The position numbers were made by a program, and so were the translations under genes. The notes under the pieces are model-generated. The model was not told the DNA's origin. It saw only the letters and a list, made by a program, of their open reading frames with translations, and did no database searches. A DNA stretch of 64,000 nucleotides from Eledone cirrhosa (taxonomy: Eukaryota): the NCBI GenBank assembly GCA_964016885.1, contig CAXHJY010000096.1, positions 558,001-622,000 on the forward strand. Reading direction: 5' to 3'. This document shows, in pieces, positions 23,301 to 35,700 of the stretch; position 1 is the first letter of the stretch, and each line of letters opens with the position of its first letter.

Positions 23301-26300
23301 CAAGGGGCTATAATTTCCAGCGTCCAAGGGGAGATAATTTCCAGCCAGCGAAGGGGAGATAATTTTTTTTTAAAAAATCATGCGGGGATAATTTGTAAAA
23401 AAAATCAGGGGGAGATAATTTGTAAAAAAAATCAAGGGGAGATAATTTCCAGCCGTCCAAAGAGAGATAATTTCTAGCCGTCCAAGGGGAGATAATTTCC
23501 AGCCGTCCAAGGGGAGATAATTTCCCGCCAGCCAAGGGAAGATAATTTTTTAAAAAATCAGGCGGAGATTGTAAAAAAAATCAGGGGGAGATAATTTGTA
23601 AAAAAATCAGGGGGAGATAATTTGTAAAAAAAAAATCAGGGGGAGATAATTTGTAAAAAAAAATCAGAGGGAGATAATTTGTAAAAAAAAATCAGGGGGA
23701 GATAATTTGTAAAAAAAATCAGGGGTAGATAATTTGTAAAAAAAATCAGGGGGAGATAATTTGTAAAAAAAAATCAGGGGGAGATAATTTGTAAAAAAAA
23801 TCAAGGGGAGATAATTTCCAGCCGTCCAAGGGAAGATAATTTCCAGCCGTCCAAGGGAAGATAATTTCCAGCCCTCCAAGGGGCTATAATTTCCAGCGTC
23901 CAAGGGGAGATAATTTCCAGCCAGCGAAGGGGAGATAATTTTTTTTTTAAAAATCAGGGGTAGATAATTTGTAAAAAAAATCAGGGGGAGATAATTTGTA
24001 AAAAAAAATCAGGGGGAGATAATTTGTAAAAAAAAATCAGGGGGAGATAATTTGTAAAAAAAATCAAGGGGAGATAATTTCCAGCCGTGCAAGGGGAGAT
24101 AATTTCCAGCCGTCCAAGGGGAGATAATTTACATCCTTCCAAGGGGAGATAATTTCCAGCCGTCCAAGGGGAGATAATTTCCCGCCAGCCAAGGGAAGAT
24201 AATTTTTAAAAAAATCAGGGGGAGATAATTTGTAAAAAAAAAATCAGGGGGAGATAATTTGTAAAAAAAAATCAAGGGGAGATAATTTGTAAAAAAAATC
24301 AGGGGGAGATAATTTGTAAAAAAAATCAGGGGGAGATAATTTGTAAAAAAATCAGGGGGAGATAATTTGTAAAAAAAAAATCAGGGGGAGATAATTTGTA
24401 AAAAAAATCAGGGGGAGATAATTTGTAAAAAAAAAATCAGGGGGAGATAATTTGTAAAAAAAAATCAAGGGGAGATAATTTGTAAAAAAAAATCAGGGGG
24501 AGATAATTTGTAAAAAAAATCAGGGGGAGATAATTTGTAAAAAAAATCAGGGGGAGATAATTTGTAAAAAAAAATCAGGGGGAGATAATTTGTAAAAAAA
24601 AATCAGGGGGAGATAATTTGTAAAAAAAATCAGGGGGAGATAATTTGTAAAAAAAATCAGGGGGAGATAATTTGTAAAAAAAATCAAGGGGAGATAATTT
24701 GCAGCCGTCCAAGGGGAGATAATTTTCAGCCGTCCAAGGAGAGGTAATTTCTAGCCGTCCAAGGGGAGATAATTTCCAGCCGTCCAAGGGGAGATAATTT
24801 CCAGCCGTCCAAGGGGAGATAATTTTTTTTTAAAAATCAGGCGGAGATAATTTGTAAAAAAAAAAATCAGGGGGAGATAATTTGTAAAAAAAAATCAGGG
24901 GGAGATAATTTGTAAAAAAAAATCAGGGGGAGATAATTTGTAAAAAAAATCAAGGGGAGATAATTTCCAGCCGTCCAAGGGAAGATAATTTCCAGCCGTC
25001 CAAGGGAAGATAATTTCCAGCCCTCCAAGGGGCTATAATTTCCAGCGTCCAAGGGGAGATAATTTCCAGCCAGCGAAGGGGAGATAATTTTTTTTTTAAA
25101 AATCAGGGGGAGATAATTTGTAAAAAAAATCAGGGGGAGATAATTTGTAAAAAAAAATCAGGGGGAGATAATTTGTAAAAAAAAATCAGGGGGAGATAAT
25201 TTGTAAAAAAAAATCAGGGGGAGATAATTTGTAAAAAAAATCAAGGGGAGATAATTTCCAGCCGTCCAAGGGAAGATAATTTCCAGCCGTCCAAGGGAAG
25301 ATAATTTCCAGCCCTCCAAGGGGCTATAATTTCCAGCGTCCAAGGGGAGATAATTTCCAGCCAGCGAAGGGGAGATAATTTTTTTTTTAAAAATCAGGGG
25401 GAGATAATTTGTAAAAAAAATCAGGGGGAGATAATTTGTAAAAAAAAATCAGGGGGAGATAATTTGTAAAAAAAAATCAGGGGGAGATAATTTGTAAAAA
25501 AAATCAAGGGGAGATAATTTCCAGCCGTGCAAGGGGAGATAATTTCCAGCCGTCCAAGGGGAGATAATTTACATCCTTCCAAGGGGAGATAATTTCCAGC
25601 CGTCCAAGGGGAGATAATTTCCCGCCAGCCAAGGGAAGATAATTTTTAAAAAAATCAGGGGGAGATAATTTGTAAAAAAAAAATCAGGGGGAGATAATTT
25701 GTAAAAAAAAATCAAGGGGAGATAATTTGTAAAAAAAATCAGGGGGAGATAATTTGTAAAAAAAATCAGGGGGAGATAATTTGTAAAAAAAATCAGGGGG
25801 AGATAATTTGTAAAAAAAAATCAGGGGGAGATAATTTGTAAAAAAAAATCAAGGGGAGATAATTTGTAAAAAAAAATCAGGGGGAGATAATTTGTAAAAA
25901 AAAATCAGGGGGAGATAATTTGTAAAAAAAATCAAGGGGAGATAATTTGCAGCCGTCGAAGGGGAGATAATTTTCAGCCGTCCAAGGAGAGATAATTTCT
26001 AGCCGTCCAAGGGGAGATAATTTCCAGCCGTCCAAGGGGAGATAATTTCCAGCCGTCCAAGGGGAGATAATTTTTTTTAAAAAATCAAGCGGAGATAATT
26101 TGTAAAAAAAAAATCAGGGGGAGATAATTTGTAAAAAAAAATCAGGGGGAGATAATTTGTAAAAAAAAATCAGGGGGAGATAATTTGTAAAAAAAATCAA
26201 GGGGAGATAATTTCCAGCCGTCCAAGGGAAGATAATTTCCAGCCGTCCAAGGGAAGATAATTTCCAGCCCTCCAAGGGGCTATAATTTCCAGCGTCCAAG

Positions 26301-29300
26301 GGGAGATAATTTCCAGCCAGCGAAGGGGAGATAATTTTTTTTTATAAAATCAGGGGGATATAATTTGTAAAAAAAATCAGGGGGAGATAATTTGTAAAAA
26401 AAAATCAGGGGGAGATAATTTGTAAAAAAAAATCAGGGGGAGATAATTTGTAAAAAAAATCAAGGGGAGATAATTTCCAGCCGTGCAAGGGGAGATAATT
26501 TCCAGCCGTCCAAGGGGAGATAATTTACATCCTTCCAAGGGGAGATAATTTCCAGCCGTCCAAGGGGAGATAATTTCCCGCCAGCCAAGGGAAGATAATT
26601 TTTAAAAAAATCAGGGGGAGATAATTTGTAAAAGAAAAATCAGGGGGAAATAATTTGTAAAAAAAAATCAAGGGGAGATAATTTGTAAAAAAAATCAGGG
26701 GGAGATAATTTGTAAAAAAAATCAGGGGGAGATAATTTGTAAAAAAATCAGGGGGAGATAATTTGTAAAAAAAAAATCAGGGGGAGATAATTTGTAAAAA
26801 AAAATCAAGGGGAGATAATTTGTAAAAAAAAATCAGGGGGAGATAATTTGTAAAAAAAAATCAGGGGGAGATAATTTGTAAAAAAAATCAGGGGGAGATA
26901 ATTTGTAAAAAAAAATCAGGGGGAGATAATTTGTAAAAAAAAATCAGGGGGAGATAATTTGTAAAAAAAATCAGGGGGAGATAATTTGTAAAAAAAATCA
27001 GGGGGAGATAATTTGTAAAAAAAATCAAGGGGAGATAATTTGCAGCCGTCCAAGGGGAGATAATTTTCAGCCGTCCAAGGAGAGGTAATTTCTAGCCGTC
27101 CAAGGGGAGATAATTTCCAGCCGTCCAAGGGGAGATAATTTCCAGCCGTCCAAGGGGAGATAATTTTTTTTTAAAAATCAGGCGGAGATAATTTGTAAAA
27201 AAAAAAATCAGGGGGAGATAATTTGTAAAAAAAAATCAGGGGGAGATAATTTGTAAAAAAAAATCAGGGGGAGATAATTTGTAAAAAAAATCAAGGGGAG
27301 ATAATTTCCAGCCGTCCAAGGGAAGATAATTTCCAGCCGTCCAAGGGAAGATAATTTCCAGCCCTCCAAGGGGCTATAATTTCCAGCGTCCAAGGGGAGA
27401 TAATTTCCAGCCAGCGAAGGGGAGATAATTTTTTTTTTTTAAATCAGGGGGAGATAATTTGTAAAAAAAATCAGGGGGAGATAATTTGTAAAAAAAAATC
27501 AGGGGGAGATAATTTGTAAAAAAAAATCAGGGGGAGATAATTTGTAAAAAAAATCAAGGGGAGATAATTTCCAGCAGTGCAAGGGGAGATAATTTCCAGC
27601 CGTCCAAGGGGAGATAATTTACATCCTTCCAAGGGGAGATAATTTCCAGCCGTCCAAGGGGAGATAATTTCCCGCCAGCCAAGGGAAGATAATTTTTAAA
27701 AAAATCAGGGGGAGATAATTTGTAAAAAAAAAATCAGGGGGAGATAATTTGTAAAAAAAAATCAAGGGGAGATAATTTGTAAAAAAAATCAGGGGGAGAT
27801 AATTTGTAAAAAAAAAATCAGGGGGAGATAATTTGTAAAAAAAAATCAAGGGGAGATAATTTGTAAAAAAAATCAGGGGGAGATAATTTGTAAAAAAAAT
27901 CAGGGGGAGATAATTTGTAAAAAAATCAGGGGGAGATAATTTGTAAAAAAAAAATCAGGGGGAGATAATTTGTAAAAAAAAATCAAGGGGAGATAATTTG
28001 TAAAAAAAAATCAGGGGGAGATAATTTGTAAAAAAAAATCAGGGGGAGATAATTTGTAAAAAAAATCAAGGGGAGATAATTTGCAGCCGTCCAAGGGGAG
28101 ATAATTTTCAGCCGTCCAAGGAGAGATAATTTCTAGCCGTCCAAGGGGAGATAATTTCCAGCCGCCCAAGGGGAGATAATTTCCAGCCGTCCAAGGGGAG
28201 ATAATTTCCCGCCAGCCAAGGGAAGATAATTTTTAAAAAAATCAGGGGGAGATAATTTGTAAAAAAAAAATCAGGGGGAGATAATTTGTAAAAAAAAATC
28301 AAGGGGAGATAATTTGTAAAAAAAATCAGGGGGAGATAATTTGTAAAAAAAATCAGGGGGAGATAATTTGTAAAAAAATCAGGGGGAGATAATTTGTAAA
28401 AAAAAAATCAGGGGGAGATAATTTGTAAAAAAAAATCAAGGGGAGATAATTTGTAAAAAAAAATCAGGGGGAGATAATTTGTAAAAAAAATCAGGGGGAG
28501 ATAATTTGTAAAAAAATCAGGGGGAGATAATTTGTAAAAAAAAATCAGGGGGAGATAATTTGTAAAAAAAAATCAGGGGGAGATAATTTGTAAAAAAAAT
28601 CAGGGGGAGATAATTTGTAAAAAAAATCAGGGGGAGATAATTTGTAAAAAAAATCAAGGGGAGATAATTTGCAGCCGTCCAAGGGGAGATAATCTTCAGC
28701 CGTCCAAGGAGAGGTAATTTCTAGCCGTCCAAGGGGAGATAATTTCCAGCCGTCCAAGGGGAGATAATTTCCAGCCGTCCAAGGGGAGATAATTTTTTTT
28801 AAAAATCAGGCGGAGATAATTTGTAAAAAAAAAAATCAGGGGGAGATAATTTGTAAAAAAAAATCAGGGGGAGATAATTTGTAAAAAAAAATCAGGGGGA
28901 GATAATTTGTAAAAAAAATCAAGGGGAGATAATTTCCAGCCGTCCAAGGGAAGATAATTTCCAGCCCTCCAAGGGGCTATAATTTCCAGCGTCCAAGGGG
29001 AGATAATTTCCAGCCAGCAAAGGGGAGATAATTTTTTTTTTAAAAATCATGCGGGGATAATTTGTAAAAAAAATCAGGGGGAGATAATTTGTAAAAAAAA
29101 TCAAGGGGAGATAATTTCCAGCCGTCCAAAGAGAGATAATTTCTAGCCGTCCAAGGGGAGATAATTTCCAGCCGTCCAAGGGGAGATAATTTCCCGCCAG
29201 CCAAGGGAAGATAATTTTTTAAAAAATCAGGCGGAGATTGTAAAAAAAATCAGGGGGAGATAATTTGTAAAAAAATCAGGGGGAGATAATTTGTAAAAAA

Positions 29301-32300
29301 AAAATCAGGGGGAGATAATTTGTAAAAAAAAATCAGAGGGAGATAATTTGTAAAAAAAAATCAGGGGGAGATAATTTGTAAAAAAAATCAGGGGTAGATA
29401 ATTTGTAAAAAAAATCAGGGGGAGATAATTTGTAAAAAAAATCAGGGGGAGATAATTTGTAAAAAAAATCAGGGGGAGATAATTTGTAAAAAAAATCAAG
29501 GGGAGATAATTTGCAGCCGTCCAAGGGGAGATAATTTTCAGCCGTCCAAGGAGAGGTAATTTCTAGCCGTCCAAGGGGAGATAATTTCCAGCCGTCCAAG
29601 GGGAGATAATTTCCAGCCGTCCAAGGGGAGATAATTTTTTTTTAAAAATCAGGCGGAGATAATTTGTAAAAAAAAAAATCAGGGGGAGATAATTTGTAAA
29701 AAAAAATCAGGGGGAGATAATTTGTAAAAAAAAATCAGGGGGAGATAATTTGTAAAAAAAATTAAGGGGAGATAATTTTCAGCCGTCCAAGGGAAGATAA
29801 TTTCCAGCCCTCCAAGGGGCTATAATTTCCAGCGTCCAAGGGGAGATAATTTCCAGCCAGCGAAGGGGAGATAATTTTTTTTTTTAAAATCATGCGGGGA
29901 TAATTTGTAAAAAAAATCAGGGGGAGATAATTTGTAAAAAAAATCAAGGGGAGATAATTTCCAGCCGTCCAAAGAGAGATAATTTCTAGCCGTCCAAGGG
30001 GAGATAATTTCCAGCCGTCCAAGGGGAGATAATTTCCCGCCAGCCAAAGGAAGATAATTTTTTAAAAAATCAGGCGGAGATTGTAAAAAAAATCAGGGGG
30101 AGATAATTTGTAAAAAAAATCAGGGGGAGATAATTTGTAAAAAAAATCAGGGGGAGATAATTTGTAAAAAAAATCAGGGGGAGATAATTTGTAAAAAAAT
30201 CAGGGGGAGATAATTTGTAAAAAAAAAATCAGGGGGAGATAATTTGTAAAAAAAAATCAAGGGGAGATAATTTGTAAAAAAAAATCAGGGGGAGATAATT
30301 TGTAAAAAAAATCAGGGGGAGATAATTTGTAAAAAAATCAGGGGGAGATAATTTGTAAAAAAAAATCAGGGGGAGATAATTTGTAAAAAAAAATCAGGGG
30401 GAGATAATTTGTAAAAAAAATCAGGGGGAGATAATTTGTAAAAAAAATCAGGGCGAGATAATTTGTAAAAAAAATCAAGGGGAGATAATTTGCAGCCGTC
30501 CAAGGGGAGATAATCTTCAGCCGTCCAAGGAGAGGTAATTTCTAGCCGTCCAAGGGGAGATAATTTCCAGCCGTCCAAGGGGAGATAATTTCCAGCCGTC
30601 CAAGGGGAGATAATTTTTTTTAAAAATCAGGCGGAGATAATTTGTAAAAAAAAAAATCAGGGGGAGATAATTTGTAAAAAAAAATCAGGGGGAGATAATT
30701 TGTAAAAAAAAATCAGGGGGAGATAATTTGTAAAAAAAATCAAGGGGAGATAATTTCCAGCCGTCCAAGGGAAGATAATTTCCAGCCCTCCAAGGGGCTA
30801 TAATTTCCAGCGTCCAAGGGGAGATAATTTCCAGCCAGCGAAGGGGAGATAATTTTTTTTTAAAAAATCATGCGGGGATAATTTGTAAAAAAAATCAGGG
30901 GGAGATAATTTGTAAAAAAAATCAAGGGGAGATAATTTCCAGCCGTCCAAAGAGAGATAATTTCTAGCCGTCCAAGGGGAGATAATTTCCAGCCGTCCAA
31001 GGGGAGATAATTTCCCGCCAGCCAAGGGAAGATAATTTTTTAAAAAATCAGGCGGAGATTGTAAAAAAAATCAGGGGGAGATAATTTGTAAAAAAATCAG
31101 GGGGAGATAATTTGTAAAAAAAAAATCAGGGGGAGATAATTTGTAAAAAAAAATCAGAGGGAGATAATTTGTAAAAAAAAATCAGGGGGAGATAATTTGT
31201 AAAAAAAATCAGGGGTAGATAATTTGTAAAAAAAATCAGGGGGAGATAATTTGTAAAAAAAATCAGGGGGAGATAATTTGTAAAAAAAATCAGGGGGAGA
31301 TAATTTGTAAAAAAAATCAAGGGGAGATAATTTGCAGCCGTCCAAGGGGAGATAATTTTCAGCCGTCCAAGGAGAGGTAATTTCTAGCCGTCCAAGGGGA
31401 GATAATTTCCAGCCGTCCAAGGGGAGATAATTTCCAGCCGTCCAAGGGGAGATAATTTTTTTTTAAAAATCAGGCGGAGATAATTTGTAAAAAAAAAAAT
31501 CAGGGGGAGATAATTTGTAAAAAAAAATCAGGGGGAGATAATTTGTAAAAAAAAATCAGGGGGAGATAATTTGTAAAAAAAATTAAGGGGAGATAATTTT
31601 CAGCCGTCCAAGGGAAGATAATTTCCAGCCCTCCAAGGGGCTATAATTTCCAGCGTCCAAGGGGAGATAATTTCCAGCCAGCGAAGGGGAGATAATTTTT
31701 TTTTTTAAAATCATGCGGGGATAATTTGTAAAAAAAATCAGGGGGAGATAATTTGTAAAAAAAATCAAGGGGAGATAATTTCCAGCCGTCCAAAGAGAGA
31801 TAATTTCTAGCCGTCCAAGGGGAGATAATTTCCAGCCGTCCAAGGGGAGATAATTTCCCGCCAGCCAAAGGAAGATAATTTTTTAAAAAATCAGGCGGAG
31901 ATTGTAAAAAAAATCAGGGGGAGATAATTTGTAAAAAAAATCAGGGGGAGATAATTTGTAAAAAAAATCAGGGGGAGATAATTTGTAAAAAAAATCAGGG
32001 GGAGATAATTTGTAAAAAAATCAGGGGGAGATAATTTGTAAAAAAAAAATCAGGGGGAGATAATTTGTAAAAAAAATCAAGGGGAGATAATTTCCAGCCG
32101 TCCAAGGGAAGATAATTTCCAGCCGTCCAAGGGAAGATAATTTCCAGCCCTCCAAGGGGCTATAATTTCCAGCGTCCAAGGGGAGATAATTTCCAGCCAG
32201 CGAAGGGGAGATAATTTTTTTTTTAAAAATCAGGGGGAGATAATTTGTAAAAAAAATCAGGGGGAGATAATTTGTAAAAAAAAATCAGGGGGAGATAATT

Positions 32301-32700
32301 TGTAAAAAAAAATCAGGGGGAGATAATTTGTAAAAAAAAATCAGGGGGAGATAATTTGTAAAAAAAATCAAGGGGAGATAATTTCCAGCCGTCCAAGGGA
32401 AGATAATTTCCAGCCGTCCAAGGGAAGATAATTTCCAGCCCTCCAAGGGGCTATAATTTCCAGCGTCCAAGGGGAGATAATTTCCAGCCAGCGAAGGGGA
32501 GATAATTTTTTTTTTAAAAATCAGGGGGAGATAATTTGTAAAAAAAATCAGGGGGAGATAATTTGTAAAAAAAAATCAGGGGGAGATAATTTGTAAAAAA
32601 AAATCAGGGGGAGATAATTTGTAAAAAAAATCAAGGGGAGATAATTTCCAGCCGTGCAAGGGGAGATAATTTCCAGCCGTCCAAGGGGAGATAATTTACA
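20310..32700 (+). repeat. First copy of a ~12 kb segment repeated ~31.3 kb downstream
   Basis: Markers CCTAGGGGCTA 21,431/52,762, CGAGCCGTCC 23,101/54,432 and CAGCAGTGC 27,572/58,901. ORF offsets are 31,331, 31,329 and 31,300. Confidence 0.88.
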
Positions 32701-35700
32701 TCCTTCCAAGGGGAGATAATTTCCAGCCGTCCAAGGGGAGATAATTTCCCGCCAGCCAAGGGAAGATAATTTTTAAAAAAATCAGGGGGAGATAATTTGT
32801 AAAAAAAAAATCAGGGGGAGATAATTTGTAAAAAAAAATCAAGGGGAGATAATTTGTAAAAAAAATCAGGGGGAGATAATTTGTAAAAAAAATCAGGGGG
32901 AGATAATTTGTAAAAAAAATCAGGGGGAGATAATTTGTAAAAAAAAATCAGGGGGAGATAATTTGTAAAAAAAAATCAAGGGGAGATAATTTGTAAAAAA
33001 AAATCAGGGGGAGATAATTTGTAAAAAAAAATCAGGGGGAGATAATTTGTAAAAAAAATCAAGGGGAGATAATTTGCAGCCGTCGAAGGGGAGATAATTT
33101 TCAGCCGTCCAAGGAGAGATAATTTCTAGCCGTCCAAGGGGAGATAATTTCCAGCCGTCCAAGGGGAGATAATTTCCAGCCGTCCAAGGGGAGATAATTT
33201 TTTTTAAAAAATCAAGCGGAGATAATTTGTAAAAAAAAAATCAGGGGGAGATAATTTGTAAAAAAAAATCAGGGGGAGATAATTTGTAAAAAAAAATCAG
33301 GGGGAGATAATTTGTAAAAAAAATCAAGGGGAGATAATTTCCAGCCGTCCAAGGGAAGATAATTTCCAGCCGTCCAAGGGAAGATAATTTCCAGCCCTCC
33401 AAGGGGCTATAATTTCCAGCGTCCAAGGGGAGATAATTTCCAGCCAGCGAAGGGGAGATAATTTTTTTTTATAAAATCAGGGGGAGATAATTTGTAAAAA
33501 AAATCAGGGGGAGATAATTTGTAAAAAAAAATCAGGGGGAGATAATTTGTAAAAAAAAATCAGGGGGAGATAATTTGTAAAAAAAATCAAGGGGAGATAA
33601 TTTCCAGCCGTGCAAGGGGAGATAATTTCCAGCCGTCCAAGGGGAGATAATTTACATCCTTCCAAGGGGAGATAATTTCCAGCCGTCCAAGGGGAGATAA
33701 TTTCCCGCCAGCCAAGGGAAGATAATTTTTAAAAAAATCAGGGGGAGATAATTTGTAAAAGAAAAATCAGGGGGAGATAATTTGTAAAAAAAAATCAAGG
33801 GGAGATAATTTGTAAAAAAAATCAGGGGGAGATAATTTGTAAAAAAAATCAGGGGGAGATAATTTGTAAAAAAATCAGGGGGAGATAATTTGTAAAAAAA
33901 AAATCAGGGGGAGATAATTTGTAAAAAAAAATCAAGGGGAGATAATTTGTAAAAAAAAATCAGGGGGAGATAATTTGTAAAAAAAAATCAGGGGGAGATA
34001 ATTTGTAAAAAAAATCAGGGGGAGATAATTTGTAAAAAAAAATCAGGGGGAGATAATTTGTAAAAAAAAATCAGGGGGAGATAATTTGTAAAAAAAATCA
34101 GGGGGAGATAATTTGTAAAAAAAATCAGGGGGAGATAATTTGTAAAAAAAATCAAGGGGAGATAATTTGCAGCCGTCCAAGGGGAGATAATTTTCAGCCG
34201 TCCAAGGAGAGGTAATTTCTAGCCGTCCAAGGGGAGATAATTTCCAGCCGTCCAAGGGGAGATAATTTCCAGCCGTCCAAGGGGAGATAATTTTTTTTTA
34301 AAAATCAGGCGGAGATAATTTGTAAAAAAAAAAATCAGGGGGAGATAATTTGTAAAAAAAAATCAGGGGGAGATAATTTGTAAAAAAAAATCAGGGGGAG
34401 ATAATTTGTAAAAAAAATCAAGGGGAGATAATTTCCAGCCGTCCAAGGGAAGATAATTTCCAGCCGTCCAAGGGAAGATAATTTCCAGCCCTCCAAGGGG
34501 CTATAATTTCCAGCGTCCAAGGGGAGATAATTTCCAGCCAGCGAAGGGGAGATAATTTTTTTTTTTTAAATCAGGGGGAGATAATTTGTAAAAAAAATCA
34601 GGGGGAGATAATTTGTAAAAAAAAATCAGGGGGAGATAATTTGTAAAAAAAAATCAGGGGGAGATAATTTGTAAAAAAAATCAAGGGGAGATAATTTCCA
34701 GCCGTGCAAGGGGAGATAATTTCCAGCCGTCCAAGGGGAGATAATTTACATCCTTCCAAGGGGAGATAATTTCCAGCCGTCCAAGGGGAGATAATTTCCC
34801 GCCAGCCAAGGGAAGATAATTTTTAAAAAAATCAGGGGGAGATAATTTGTAAAAAAAAAATCAGGGGGAGATAATTTGTAAAAAAAAATCAAGGGGAGAT
34901 AATTTGTAAAAAAAATCAGGGGGAGATAATTTGTAAAAAAAAAATCAGGGGGAGATAATTTGTAAAAAAAAATCAAGGGGAGATAATTTGTAAAAAAAAT
35001 CAGGGGGAGATAATTTGTAAAAAAAATCAGGGGGAGATAATTTGTAAAAAAATCAGGGGGAGATAATTTGTAAAAAAAAAATCAGGGGGAGATAATTTGT
35101 AAAAAAAAATCAAGGGGAGATAATTTGTAAAAAAAAATCAGGGGGAGATAATTTGTAAAAAAAAATCAGGGGGAGATAATTTGTAAAAAAAATCAAGGGG
35201 AGATAATTTGCAGCCGTCCAAGAGGAGATAATTTTCAGCCGTCCAAGGAGAGATAATTTCTAGCCGTCCAAGGGGAGATAATTTCCAGCCGTCCAAGGGG
35301 AGATAATTTCCAGCCGTCCAAGGGGAGATAATTTTTTTTAAAAAATCAAGCGGAGATAATTTGTAAAAAAAAAATCAGGGGGAGATAATTTGTAAAAAAA
35401 AATCAGGGGGAGATAATTTGTAAAAAAAAATCAGGGGGAGATAATTTGTAAAAAAAATCAAGGGGAGATAATTTCCAGCCGTCCAAGGGAAGATAATTTC
35501 CAGCCGTCCAAGGGAAGATAATTTCCAGCCCTCCAAGGGGCTATAATTTCCAGCGTCCAAGGGGAGATAATTTCCAGCCAGCGAAGGGGAGATAATTTTT
35601 TTTTTTTAAATCAGGGGGAGATAATTTGTAAAAAAAATCAGGGGGAGATAATTTGTAAAAAAAAATCAGGGGGAGATAATTTGTAAAAAAAAATCAGGGG

